NCBI GenBank assembly: GCA_040771865.1
Contig: JAXGZF010000003.1
Location: 186,001-250,000 of the forward strand
DNA length: 64,000 nt
Direction of reading: 5' to 3'
Origin: Desulfobacterales bacterium
GTDB taxonomy: Bacteria; Desulfobacterota; Desulfobacteria; Desulfobacterales; UBA2245
A model generated the notes under the pieces. The model did no database searches. It saw only the letters and a list, made by a program, of their open reading frames with translations, and was not told the DNA's origin. A program made the translations under genes and the position numbers. Within the stretch, counting starts at the first letter, position 1; each line of letters begins with the position of its first letter. Positions 1 to 9,929 of this stretch are shown in pieces.

Positions 1-113
1 GGTGATAGGGGGGACCCGAGCGTAGCGAGCGGTCCGCCCTATCAGCTAGTTTTTAGCATTCGTTTCACAAGCAATCATAAACCTGGAGTTTTTAACGCAC
101 CGGTGATATTGTA

Positions 114-2285
114 TTAGAAATTATAGATCAAGGTAGCGTAGAAATTGCGTCCGGGATAAGCATATGCGTCATCGGGGACCTTGCCCATATAGGAATAGGT
201 TTCGTTAAAAATATTGTTGATACTCACCTTCAGCTCCAAGTTACCCTTGTTCCCAAATTCTAACAACTGCTTGCGCAGACCCAGGTTGGCTACGGTAAAT
301 TTTCCGAAACCTACAAGAGGTCCATCGCTTACGTTTGCCCTGCCGCCGTATTGCTCGCCATAGTAGCTGAAATTAAGGTTTGCGGAAAATTTCCAGTCGA
401 AATGGGCAAAGCGGATACCGTAACTCATCGTGGTGTCCGGCATCCGGGTGATAGGCCACCATTTCCCCAGCAGACCTGGTCCGCCTTCAACGAGTACCTC
501 TTCTTTTTCAATCATGTGAGTAATGTTGAAATACGGGCGCAGTTCGAAGCCCTCATACCCTAGAAGGCCGGCCACATTTGCGTTGGTCTGAAACTCAAAA
601 CCTTTTTGGATGCGTTCGTCGGCGTTAAAAAGTATCCGCCCACTCGCACTTGTTCCATCAGCGGTAACAGCCGGATAAATATATACGTTGTTCTCTACAT
701 TGTAATAAAAATAAGTGCCGGAAAATCTCAAATGGTTACGGGCTATATCAAATCCGGCTTCATACGCATTCGTCAATTCAGGCTCAAGCCTGGGATCGCC
801 CGGAGCTCCATAGTCTTCATAAAAACTGCTGGCAAAAAGTTGACGCCCTGCAGGCGCTCGCCAGCCCTGGGTGTAATTGGCCCGCAATTTAAGCCAATCC
901 AGAGGCAGATAGGTTACACCAAAGGTCGGCGAGAGATGGTCAAAGTTTCGGTGGGTGGGCAATTGGTCGCGGGATGTTATTCCTCTGCTTTTGAAGTATG
1001 CGACCTTATTATAGTATTCATCACCCACCGACAAATCTTTGGCCGTGGCATGTTCATATCTCAAACCACCTGAAATATTGAGAGAGCCTTCCATAAGTTT
1101 GAGCGTGCCCACCATATAAGACCCCAGAATGGTGGTGGTGCTGGTGGGGTGCATAGGGTAGCCGATCCCGCTATATTCCGGATCAAGCCCACCTGGTTTT
1201 AAATACGTGCCTCTGGCAGTGGAAGAATTTTCAAGTTCGTATTTAATGTAGTCAACACCCCCGGTAATGTCGAACAAGCCTGCATTATACGTCAAGCTGC
1301 CCTGAGCCCGATTTGTTTCAGCCTCCTGTCCCTTGGGGTATTCAGAATCTGACTGGTAAGTTTCGTAAGTGTCTTTGCCGTGTCCTACATTGGCCTGCCA
1401 TGAAAAACGGTCATTTTCGGTGGCGCCTTCATAGTTCAGATAAAACAGCTGAGTTTCCCGATCCGTGTAATTATTTTCTCGAACCACGCCCTCTTCGTCA
1501 ACATAAGTTGGTCTGTGAGCCTTATCCACATTATAGTAATAGCCATCTATGCCGATGCGGTGTTTCTCGTTCAAAGTATAACCCACATTAAAATTCACAC
1601 CGTTGGTGCCATCAGTCTTGGTGTTTTGAACCTGATCGCCATTGCCGTCTTTATAATCATCACGCACGGTGCTGTATTCGTAGCCCAGATAGTAATCGAA
1701 ATTGTTCGCTAGACCATTTATGTCCCCGCCAGCTTTCCATGCATCATAGCTTCCGTATCCCGCTCTGGCGGATCCGGAGAACTGTTCCGGGCCGCCACGC
1801 TTGGTGATGACGTTGATCACCCCGCCGGGAGAACCCATGGAGTATTTAAACATTTCAGGGCCTCGCAAAATTTCAACTCGTTCCACATTATTCAGGGTAA
1901 TTTGTCGGGTACTGGCCACGCCGGAACGCCGGCCATCTATAAGTATAAGTAATTTACCATTGGCTTCCGTCATCAGGTGCTCGGTATGAAAGCCACGGAT
2001 CAGGGTTGTGTTTTCTCCGTGATCAGTAGGGGTGGCCTCAACCGCAATACCCTGTTCAATCAAAAGTTCACTCAAGTTTTCGGCACCGGAATTTTTGATT
2101 GTCTTCTCGTCAATAACAAAACCGCTTGTGGAGCTCTCTCTCTCATCCCCAATGAAATTATCGGAACTTACTATTATTTCAGATAAGACTGCGGTGTCGG
2201 CGGTTTGGTCTTGGGCCAGAGCAGCTGCGGGCAGAAAAATCATAGCCCCAAATAACGACAAAAATACCAACAAATAATAACGCAT
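114..2285 (-). CDS. TonB-dependent outer-membrane receptor (siderophore/cobalamin/metal-chelate type)
   Basis: Signal peptide, plug-domain motifs (LILIDGRR, VERVEILRGP, GGVINVITK), C-terminal PGRNFYATLIYNF with terminal Phe. Start moved to ATG 2285, 6 nt after a GGAGGA RBS. Confidence 0.92.
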   Translation of the reverse strand: MRYYLLVFLSLFGAMIFLPAAALAQDQTADTAVLSEIIVSSDNFIGDERESSTSGFVIDEKTIKNSGAENLSELLIEQGIAVEATPTDHGENTTLIRGFHTEHLMTEANGKLLILIDGRRSGVASTRQITLNNVERVEILRGPEMFKYSMGSPGGVINVITKRGGPEQFSGSARAGYGSYDAWKAGGDINGLANNFDYYLGYEYSTVRDDYKDGNGDQVQNTKTDGTNGVNFNVGYTLNEKHRIGIDGYYYNVDKAHRPTYVDEEGVVRENNYTDRETQLFYLNYEGATENDRFSWQANVGHGKDTYETYQSDSEYPKGQEAETNRAQGSLTYNAGLFDITGGVDYIKYELENSSTARGTYLKPGGLDPEYSGIGYPMHPTSTTTILGSYMVGTLKLMEGSLNISGGLRYEHATAKDLSVGDEYYNKVAYFKSRGITSRDQLPTHRNFDHLSPTFGVTYLPLDWLKLRANYTQGWRAPAGRQLFASSFYEDYGAPGDPRLEPELTNAYEAGFDIARNHLRFSGTYFYYNVENNVYIYPAVTADGTSASGRILFNADERIQKGFEFQTNANVAGLLGYEGFELRPYFNITHMIEKEEVLVEGGPGLLGKWWPITRMPDTTMSYGIRFAHFDWKFSANLNFSYYGEQYGGRANVSDGPLVGFGKFTVANLGLRKQLLEFGNKGNLELKVSINNIFNETYSYMGKVPDDAYAYPGRNFYATLIYNF

Positions 2286-2508
2286 TTTCATTCCTCCGAT
2301 TGTTATCCATTCGTCCTGTAACGTAACATCATAACGTATCATTTATTTCTTTCTTTCCCTTTTGGCCGCATGAGGAATGCGATCTTTGTTTCATCTTTGT
2401 GCTTTTTTGCTATCTTCATATAGTGCGAGCCGGACCAGCGCAGAGCCGCTGTCGGATTGCAGCATCACTGAGTCGTGTTCTTTTCCTGTTTGTTTACAAA
2501 TGTGGCCG

Positions 2509-3582
2509 TTATTCGGTGTTTCCTGACAGAATCCATTGGATATCCGTGTCAGACAATTCATACTCGAAAAAACGGCGGTAAAAATTGCGCACCTCCTCCT
2601 CCATACTGATGTGCCTGAATCTGTCGGGAAAAAATTTTGTCGCCGCCCATAAAACGGTCAAGGGCTGCTCGACAGTTCTTTGACCCCAAGAATGAACACC
2701 CATCGGCATGGAATATACCCTCTTGTTCTGAACTGCATTGACCATCGAAATTCTCTTTTCCCGGTATATCCTTGCTGTTTGTTCCGGTGCGGATACGATC
2801 ATGATATCCGGATTCCACAGCAATACATGCTCATAAGAATAGCTGATGGTTCCGGTCCTTACGAATTTGGCTGTAACGCTCTGTCCTCCCGCTTCCTGTA
2901 TCCACCAGTCTGCTATGAGCCGAGGTGTGGTCATTGAGTTTGAGTTGAAAAAGAGCACTTTGGGCTTGGATGCCTCTGAAATGCCTTTCAAACTGCTGCG
3001 AACGCCATCCATTGTGGCTTCAAAGTAACGCAAGTACTCTTCGCTTCTCGGTGTTCGATCCAGAGCGCGGCCAAGCACACTCATGTTTGACTTGATATCG
3101 GATGCATCACTCCACTCAATATAGAGCACCGGAAGTCCTGCATTTTCCAAAGCCGGTATCCTGACTTTGTCCATGGTAATAACAACATCCGGACGAAGTA
3201 ATAGAAGGGCTTCTATGTTGACATCGCGATTTGACCCTTGCAGCATCGTTTGCCCGGCCAAGTGCGGTGCAATAACGGTCTGCAGCCTCCACTTCTTCGT
3301 CCGTGCGAAATGCGGGAGGCCGTTAACAATTTTTCTCCCCTCACCAAGAGCAAAAATATAACTGTTGATGACAGGAACCGGGCCGATGGTTGCGATGCGA
3401 TCGATTCTGCGCGGTACAGTCACTTTTCGGCCCGCCATGTCTGTAACGGAAACCGTCTGCGAGGGGATGACAGCAATGTGACCTTGGAATTCGACTGCCG
3501 CGGCTGCGCCATAACACATGCTGCAAACGCATCCCGCCAGTACCCATTTCCAGAAAACGGTCTTTGAATCGTTTTTCGGCAT
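2509..3582 (-). CDS. ABC transporter periplasmic binding protein (Fe-siderophore/cobalamin class)
   Basis: TDMAGRKVTVP..IDRI, NIEALLLLRPDVVI, VNAVQNKRVY motifs; signal peptide; GGAGGT RBS. Confidence 0.88.
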   Translation of the reverse strand: MPKNDSKTVFWKWVLAGCVCSMCYGAAAAVEFQGHIAVIPSQTVSVTDMAGRKVTVPRRIDRIATIGPVPVINSYIFALGEGRKIVNGLPHFARTKKWRLQTVIAPHLAGQTMLQGSNRDVNIEALLLLRPDVVITMDKVRIPALENAGLPVLYIEWSDASDIKSNMSVLGRALDRTPRSEEYLRYFEATMDGVRSSLKGISEASKPKVLFFNSNSMTTPRLIADWWIQEAGGQSVTAKFVRTGTISYSYEHVLLWNPDIMIVSAPEQTARIYREKRISMVNAVQNKRVYSMPMGVHSWGQRTVEQPLTVLWAATKFFPDRFRHISMEEEVRNFYRRFFEYELSDTDIQWILSGNTE

Positions 3583-4050
3583 TTAAACCTCCCGGAGATA
3601 GTGACCGCCACACGACTCCTTCAGCAACTCGGCAGCACTCAACGCGCATGCCCGTTCCCTGAAGCAGTTTTAACTAGATTGCGCCAAATTCGTTCCTCTG
3701 ATCATAACCCGGAGACGGATGCCATCTTGGTTCCATCCCCACAGGACTGATGCCGACGTATTTCAAGGCGAATCGCATTCTTGCGATTATTCTTGCACTT
3801 TTAAGTTGAGAACAGCTCGAATGATTCTCCATCGGAATTCCGTCGTTCTTACTAAGCCGATTATAAGTGTATGGACGATATTTTCAAGCTTCGAGTACAT
3901 TTAAATACAATAATATCAAGTATTTAAAACAAACTACATGTCTATAAACTTATGATCTCCTTAGTATTTGTTTTGCGTCGGTTGGTAATCGCTTTTTTTC
4001 ATGCAGTCCATCCTTACAAAGAAATAGACGGGTTGCCCTTCAGTCCGTTT

Positions 4051-4899
4051 TTATTTTTTCTGATCAATGACTATACGTTCGGCTGATTTCCCGTAAAAGT
4101 GGTAGCCGGAACCGGCTTCGGACAGCGTATCGAGCAACCTGTCCGGATCGGTCACCGAGATACCGCCGATCGCCTTTATTCCGCGGCTGAAAAAAGCTTC
4201 CGGAAGCATACTGGCTGTCGGGCCAACCAAGATCGCTTCCGTACTGCCTTGCATCTGTCTAAGGATGTCTTCAAGTGTGTTGTTGATTAGTGTAGTGCCG
4301 GTAATGATCAGCAGGTCGGCGGATGCGATGCATTCTCGGGCCTTTTCCTGCGGGCAAAAATACGGCATCTCATCCGCTTTGAGCGTGCGGGGATCTTTTT
4401 CCAAGATATGGAATGGTTGTCCGCGCGTCTTGAGCAGACGGATATAGGGTACAAGGGCGCCGATAACGACCACCTTGGCATCGTCGGAGATAATCAAGTT
4501 TTCAACCGGATCAGCGCCTATTTTCAAATTGTAATCGGCGGGATGGTTGTTGCGCCAGCACGTAGAGGAAAGGGCGTTGAGTACCGCAATCCCCAGAGCC
4601 TTTTGTAATGGACCGCCATTCTGCAACCGATCGATATATTCCGCAACCGGTTGCCCAGCTAATTTCCCGGAGTTAGGCATCGCTCGCGCTGAACTCGGGC
4701 AACAGACCGCTTCGGGAATCTCTTTGACAGGCGTAAAACAGATGCCGCCTTCACCGTTGGACAGCTTTACGCCGGAGAAGAATATCCCGATTACGGCTCT
4801 TTGCACATTGATGGTCTCCATCTTCGGTCCGATGATGAACCGGAGACGGGCCGCCGTTTCCATTAATATTTCATCTTGAAAAACTCGCCCTGATTTCAA
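4051..4899 (-). CDS. DUF364 (Rossmann-like) domain protein
   Basis: KALGIAVLNALS, ADLLIITGTTLINNTLE, LVGPTASM motifs typical of DUF364. TTG start at 4899 follows GGAGG. Confidence 0.8.
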   Translation of the reverse strand: MKSGRVFQDEILMETAARLRFIIGPKMETINVQRAVIGIFFSGVKLSNGEGGICFTPVKEIPEAVCCPSSARAMPNSGKLAGQPVAEYIDRLQNGGPLQKALGIAVLNALSSTCWRNNHPADYNLKIGADPVENLIISDDAKVVVIGALVPYIRLLKTRGQPFHILEKDPRTLKADEMPYFCPQEKARECIASADLLIITGTTLINNTLEDILRQMQGSTEAILVGPTASMLPEAFFSRGIKAIGGISVTDPDRLLDTLSEAGSGYHFYGKSAERIVIDQKK

Positions 4900-4924
4900 T
4901 TGCGGCCTCCTTTTTGTTGGATAA

Positions 4925-5998
4925 TCAGCGGCAACAGCCAGAAGATGGAGATGAACATTCCGGCTGTTGCGATTCCTTGACAGCCAGGTGCAGACGCGAA
5001 GAGCCGAAATTGCATGGTAAAACAGATTTGGAGAGTATCTTGAATCCATTTTTATAAAAAAGCTTATCAAATTCTTCTACATGACAGAGAGGATGTCCGA
5101 AACTCCGCATCGCTTTTGACAATTCCTGGACGCCGCTGTTGATCAATTCACATCCCGGGGCACAGAACCAGTGGTTGGTGACCAGTAATCCTCCGGGATT
5201 GAGGGAGGAGCAGACCTTGCCGAAGACCTCTTCAAGGCATTTTCGAAACTGGTAAAACAGATGAGAAACAATGACGATATCAAACCCGGAGCCCGAGCCG
5301 TCGCTGCCGATATCACCAGTCTGAGCAGACAGACGGTCTTCCATTTGATTGTCCTTGATATAACGTATCGTGTTTTCGATAAGATGCGGTCTGTCAAGGA
5401 CAGTGCCATTAAGGTGAGGATGAGTCTGGCACAGGGCGATGGCATACAGCCCGTTTTCCCCACCAAGATCCAGCAGGCTTTTGGCGCTATAAAAGCCGTC
5501 CCAGTTCGAGACGGCTTCCGTTATGAATTGCAGCTCTCCCCGCAAGGCTCTGCGACCGCAGGCGTCCATGAAAGATGCGCTGCCGGCTTCATGGAATTTG
5601 TCTGCTGCCGGCTGTTCGCAACGCAGAGTCCCCGATAAATTGTTCCAGTGAGAATCCTCTCTGGCTTTTTGCACAAAGTTTCCCTGAAAAAACGGGCTGC
5701 GAGTGATGAGAAAATCAGTAGTTGCTTTGGTGTTTGCATATTGTTCCCCGTTTCTGGACAAAAAACCCATATCTACTAGAGTGCCGAAATAATCTCTGGA
5801 GAACATTCCGTTGATGCCTATCCCCTGAACAATTTTATTTCTGTCGCTGGGTCCTTCAGTATCTATGAATTCAAATAATCCCAGGTCCAATGCAGCCAGT
5901 AAGGCTTGATAGGTCTGATAGCCTTCGATGATGCGGTCTATTTTTTCTATGCCGTTCGGCAACCGCAAGTTCATTAATGAGATTCCTTTAATAGACAT
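4925..5998 (-). CDS. SAM-dependent O-methyltransferase-like protein with N-terminal dimerisation domain
   Basis: ALDLGLFE dimerisation motif, LLDLGGENG SAM motif, FDIVIVSH, LNPGGLLV; Cys-rich tail CSSPSSGCCR. Confidence 0.82.
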   Translation of the reverse strand: MSIKGISLMNLRLPNGIEKIDRIIEGYQTYQALLAALDLGLFEFIDTEGPSDRNKIVQGIGINGMFSRDYFGTLVDMGFLSRNGEQYANTKATTDFLITRSPFFQGNFVQKAREDSHWNNLSGTLRCEQPAADKFHEAGSASFMDACGRRALRGELQFITEAVSNWDGFYSAKSLLDLGGENGLYAIALCQTHPHLNGTVLDRPHLIENTIRYIKDNQMEDRLSAQTGDIGSDGSGSGFDIVIVSHLFYQFRKCLEEVFGKVCSSLNPGGLLVTNHWFCAPGCELINSGVQELSKAMRSFGHPLCHVEEFDKLFYKNGFKILSKSVLPCNFGSSRLHLAVKESQQPECSSPSSGCCR

Positions 5999-6024
5999 TG
6001 TTACCCCTCTTGAGTGCTTGATGC

Positions 6025-6680
6025 TTAGTTTAATGAGATTATGCTATGATAAACAAACTTACTCATAACAAGCCACAGGCCGATATCGTCGCCGTGTAAA
6101 ATGGAAAAGGAATCAATACCGGCCGTCTGCAGCGCCGTCTCGAACCGGCTGCGGGTTTCAGGACCCAGATTTCGGCGCACTTTGTTTCGGAATTGCTCGT
6201 TTCTCTGGTTGCGGGATGACATTTCACGTTCTATGGATTCTTTCAATTCCCGAGACCCAAAGTCTCCACCGATATAAGCCCACCCACGGGGGGCCAGCAC
6301 CCGGTGAATCTCCCGAAAGGCCTGGGTCAAATCTTCCCAGAGAAAAACTGATCCTCGGCTGACGGCCAGATTCACGGATTCGTCCGGAAGACCAATGCCC
6401 GTGGCATCCCCCTGTAGCGTGTCGGACCTTTCCTGCAGGTTGTTTTGCACAATTGCCCGTTTGGCTATGGCGAGCATTTCTTCCGACCGGTCGAAAAAGT
6501 GGATAAACAATTTGCTGAACCGGGCCAACGCTGCGCCCAGATAACCCTATCGCAGCCGACATCCATACAGATCCCTTGGGTGACGCCGGTATGTGTGATG
6601 ATCTGGTCTGCAATGAGCGGGTAAACGGGTGTAAAAACCGTACAGGCGATGTAATCAAATTTTTCAGCGTCGATTTCCAT
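6025..6680 (-). pseudogene. Class I SAM methyltransferase, frameshifted in the SAM-binding motif
   Basis: N-part MEIDAEKFD...CMDVGC (ATG 6680) continues in another frame as GYLGAALARFSK...LAPRGWAYIGG. One base appears missing at ~6546-6549 (gat ag_ ggt tat). Confidence 0.8.
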
Positions 6681-7024
6681 GTAAATTCCTTTCGATTTAT
6701 CAGCGCGCTTCCCTGTGGAATATCCCGGGATGTGACGGCAATGGCGGTCAAATTCCCTATGCGCTGCCAAGTAATGTAATTTATAAACATAATATGTCTG
6801 CTAAAACATACATAGTTTGGTGTCATAAATTACGATTTTTGAAAAGTCAACCTAAAATTTGGCTCAGGAGATAATGGTGAACCGGGACCGGCTGGACGGA
6901 TTTTTCGGCAAAATCTTCCCAGGATATTGCGCGGGTCTTTGAAAAGTTGAAAACTGAATTGATTCAGCTTGAAAAACAGACAATCAAATGATGTATCTTG
7001 GCCAAGCGAATCCCAAAAGCAAAA

Positions 7025-7207
7025 CTTTCCAGAAAGGGAATCAGCGGGGTTGGCGAAAAAGAGGTTGAGATGAAACAGGGGGATACGATGTTCGTCCCGC
7101 GCGGCGCGGTCCACTGGTTTTACAATCCGTTTCCGGAGCCGGTCGAGATGCTGTTCGTCTATACGAGGCCGTCGTTGAAATCGGCCGGGTATCGAATCGT
7201 CGAGTGA
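7025..7207 (+). pseudogene. C-terminal fragment of a cupin-domain protein
   Basis: LSRKGISGVGEKEVEMKQGDTMFVPRGAVHWFYN contains cupin motif 2 (GDxxxxPxGxxHxxxN); motif 1 and a credible start are absent. Confidence 0.6.
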
Positions 7208-7239
7208 AAAGCCCTCGCCGGGCGACGGAGGATCGAAAA

Positions 7240-7440
7240 ATGCAAGAAGAAACCGTCCGATGTCCGGAATGCGGCTCGAATGAAATCGTTTCAATTGTAT
7301 ACGGTTATCCGTCCAAGGAACAATTCGAGGCCGAGGATCGGGGCGAAATTGCCTTGGGCGGTTGCTCGGCGGATGTCTTGAGACCGGTCTGGCAGTGCAA
7401 AAACTGCCGGCACATGTTCGGGAGGATGATGTGGAAATGA
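7240..7440 (+). CDS. Small zinc-ribbon protein (66 aa)
   Basis: CPECGS...IVYGYP...LGGC...WQCKNC; GGAGG RBS at 7227. Confidence 0.75.
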   Translation: MQEETVRCPECGSNEIVSIVYGYPSKEQFEAEDRGEIALGGCSADVLRPVWQCKNCRHMFGRMMWK

Positions 7441-8121
7441 GAAACCATGTGCCTGGATCGTATAGAATAGCCTTCCACGGAAAATGTATCCCTTGATGTC
7501 GGAACAAGAAGGTTTATAGGAAATATTTTGCGCCACAAAAGCACCACAAATATTCATCAATTCATTTTGTTGGCCTGAAAATACATATTTCAAAATGTAT
7601 TGGCATGAACCAATACCAAGAACAACCAGAAACGGAAAATAGAGGGCTTGATATCTTTTTCAAATTTTTACAACGAAAAGCAGTGGCATCATAACTTTGA
7701 CAGGAAGGCCCCGGTTGTGGTTTACTTCGATTCAATATATAAAAAACAGACTTCGGCATGAACATGAATCCAGGGCAGTTTCACACTTATAAATTCCTGT
7801 TTCCTGTCTGAAGAGACCAGACCACCTCTCTGTGATGAACACCCGATCCTGCTTAAGGTGTGAAGAATTCCGCATTTTCCGGAGTAAAAAAATGGAGTAG
7901 AAAAAGGGAGCGTCTATTGTTCTTATTTTACAATGACTGAGATTGACCAGCGTTCCGCCGAACAGGTCATGACGATCAATTAAAAATCCCTTCTCATATT
8001 TCAATTCATTTGATAACTTTCATTTTTGTTTCTTTGCCTGACAAAATCCATTGGGAACCGGAGCGTCCATTCCGTTCTGTTGAAAAGGATCCGAGGCCGG
8101 TTCCGGCGTCAAGGAGTAAAG

Positions 8122-8910
8122 ATGGGGTTTTATGAAGAGATGATCCGGCGCATTGCCGCCGCAGCAGATACAAAGGCTTGCATCGAGGAGATCCGCATCT
8201 ATGCCAACTGGGTCCTGGTCAGGGCGGGGAGATGGTCGCTTTCAACCTTTTTCCGCGGCATGCCCGGCTTTATCGATCCCGTGGGCATGGGAACCTGGAT
8301 GGGGGACTGGATCGGCCGGCCCGCGCGCGCTGCCGCGCTTGAACTTCTGGGCAGCCGTGAAATCCTCAAGCGCAGCGTCGGAATGGCATGCCTCAAGTCT
8401 CTGCTGCCCGATCCCGCAGCGTCCATTGCCGGGAGCGCCATCGATCTGGTCGAGCCCGCCGCCGCTCGCGTGCCGACCTGTTTTATCGGCTATTTCAAGA
8501 CGGCGGCGTTGTGGCGGGAGCAGGGCTATCCGGTAACGATTGTGGAGTTGTTTCCGCGGCCGGGCGATGTCCACTGGGATGATGCCGGCGAAGTTTTGAG
8601 AAAGGCCGAGCTCGTGCTGATGACCGGGCTTACCGTTGTCAACGAAACCCTCGAGGCCGTGATCCGGCGCACCCCGTCGGCCAGGCTGCGGATTATCATG
8701 GGGCCCACCGTGCCGGCCAGCCCGGCGCTTTTCGATTACGGCATCGACGTGCTGGGCATCACCCAGATCGACGATGTGGAGCTCATGTCGGGCTATGCGC
8801 TGCTGGGCGGAGGCAGCATATCGAATGCCCCGGCCGGGGCTCTTAGAAGCCTCAATATGGTTGAAGACACTGGCGGCGTGCGGGAACGGCTTTCCGAAAT
8901 GGCCCGTTGA
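8122..8910 (+). CDS. DUF364 (Rossmann-like) domain protein, second paralogue
   Basis: KRSVGMACLKS, AELVLMTGLTVVNETLE, IIMGPTVP; AAGGAG RBS before ATG 8122. Confidence 0.78.
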   Translation: MGFYEEMIRRIAAAADTKACIEEIRIYANWVLVRAGRWSLSTFFRGMPGFIDPVGMGTWMGDWIGRPARAAALELLGSREILKRSVGMACLKSLLPDPAASIAGSAIDLVEPAAARVPTCFIGYFKTAALWREQGYPVTIVELFPRPGDVHWDDAGEVLRKAELVLMTGLTVVNETLEAVIRRTPSARLRIIMGPTVPASPALFDYGIDVLGITQIDDVELMSGYALLGGGSISNAPAGALRSLNMVEDTGGVRERLSEMAR

Positions 8911-8987
8911 TTTTCCAGTGCATGCGGGATGATGACGGCGGCGCGGACAGAGCATACGGGTATTGATATTAAACAGAGGAGGCGGCT

Positions 8988-9812
8988 ATGTGGCTTGAAC
9001 GTCTGGTTGAATGGCGGTCAAAGGGTATTCCCTGCGCGATCGTGACGATCATTGCCGCGCAGGGTTTCACCCCGCGCAAGACCGGCGCCAAGATGGCGGT
9101 GAACAGGAACGGCCAGAGCGCCGGATCGGTGGGGGGAGGCACGGCCGAGCAGCAGTGCATCGAACTGGCCCTCAAGGCGATTGCGGAGCGGACCTGCATC
9201 ACCCAGCGCTTTGTTTCCCTGGACGAAGGTCACGAGTGGGTTGCCGGGGATCGCCCGCTGGGGGCATGCGGCGGCGCGCTGACCGTCTTTATCGAACCGG
9301 TTGTGCCCGAACCCGAACTGGTCATCTTCGGCGCCGGCCATATCGGACAGTGCCTGGCGCGTCTGTGCGATGCCGTGGAAATGCCCTTCCAGGTCTATGA
9401 CGACCGGCCGGAGTTTCTGACGCCCGAACGCTTCCCCGGCGCCGCGGCCCGGATCTGCGCCCCCTTCGATGAAATTTCCGCGCACATCGAGCTTTCGGCT
9501 CTGAGCTACTGCGTGATCATGACCTATGGCCACGAGCATGACGAGGTCGTGCTGGAAGCGCTGCTGCCCGACAGGGATATTCCGTATATCGGCATGGTGG
9601 GAAGTCCGAACAAGGCCCGCGTGCTGATCGAGAACATCCGGAATCGCGGCGGAATTATCGATAATCGGCTCTATTGCCCGGTGGGACTGTCAATCGGCCG
9701 CAACCAGCCTCAGGAGATCGCTTTGTCGATACTGGCCGAAATCATCCTTGTCTGCCGAGGCGGCAGCCTGACCCACATGCGCCGCGACTGGACCAAAAAG
9801 ACCCGTTCCTGA
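8988..9812 (+). CDS. XdhC/CoxI family molybdenum-cofactor accessory protein
   Basis: TPRKTGAKM, GSVGGG, CGG, LVIFGAGHIG, DDRPEF, YIGMVGS, PVGLSIG...EIALSILAEI. Confidence 0.92.
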   Translation: MWLERLVEWRSKGIPCAIVTIIAAQGFTPRKTGAKMAVNRNGQSAGSVGGGTAEQQCIELALKAIAERTCITQRFVSLDEGHEWVAGDRPLGACGGALTVFIEPVVPEPELVIFGAGHIGQCLARLCDAVEMPFQVYDDRPEFLTPERFPGAAARICAPFDEISAHIELSALSYCVIMTYGHEHDEVVLEALLPDRDIPYIGMVGSPNKARVLIENIRNRGGIIDNRLYCPVGLSIGRNQPQEIALSILAEIILVCRGGSLTHMRRDWTKKTRS

Positions 9813-9929
9813 CGCCAGGATTGAAGACCGCCATTCTGTTTCAGTTTTTGCGGCAGGCAAACGCCATGTTTCCGAAACCGCCGGCGGCAGATCGTGCAAT
9901 CAGGAATATTTTAAAGTGGAAGGGTATCC

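Noticed and set aside
3583..4050. Cobalamin or Moco riboswitch upstream of the binding protein/TonB genes
   Set aside because: No B12-box or Moco consensus recognisable by eye; an Rfam scan would be needed.
7990..8025. Fur-like box TGATAACTTTCATT
   Set aside because: Only a partial match in AT-rich DNA; not supportable without a matrix scan.
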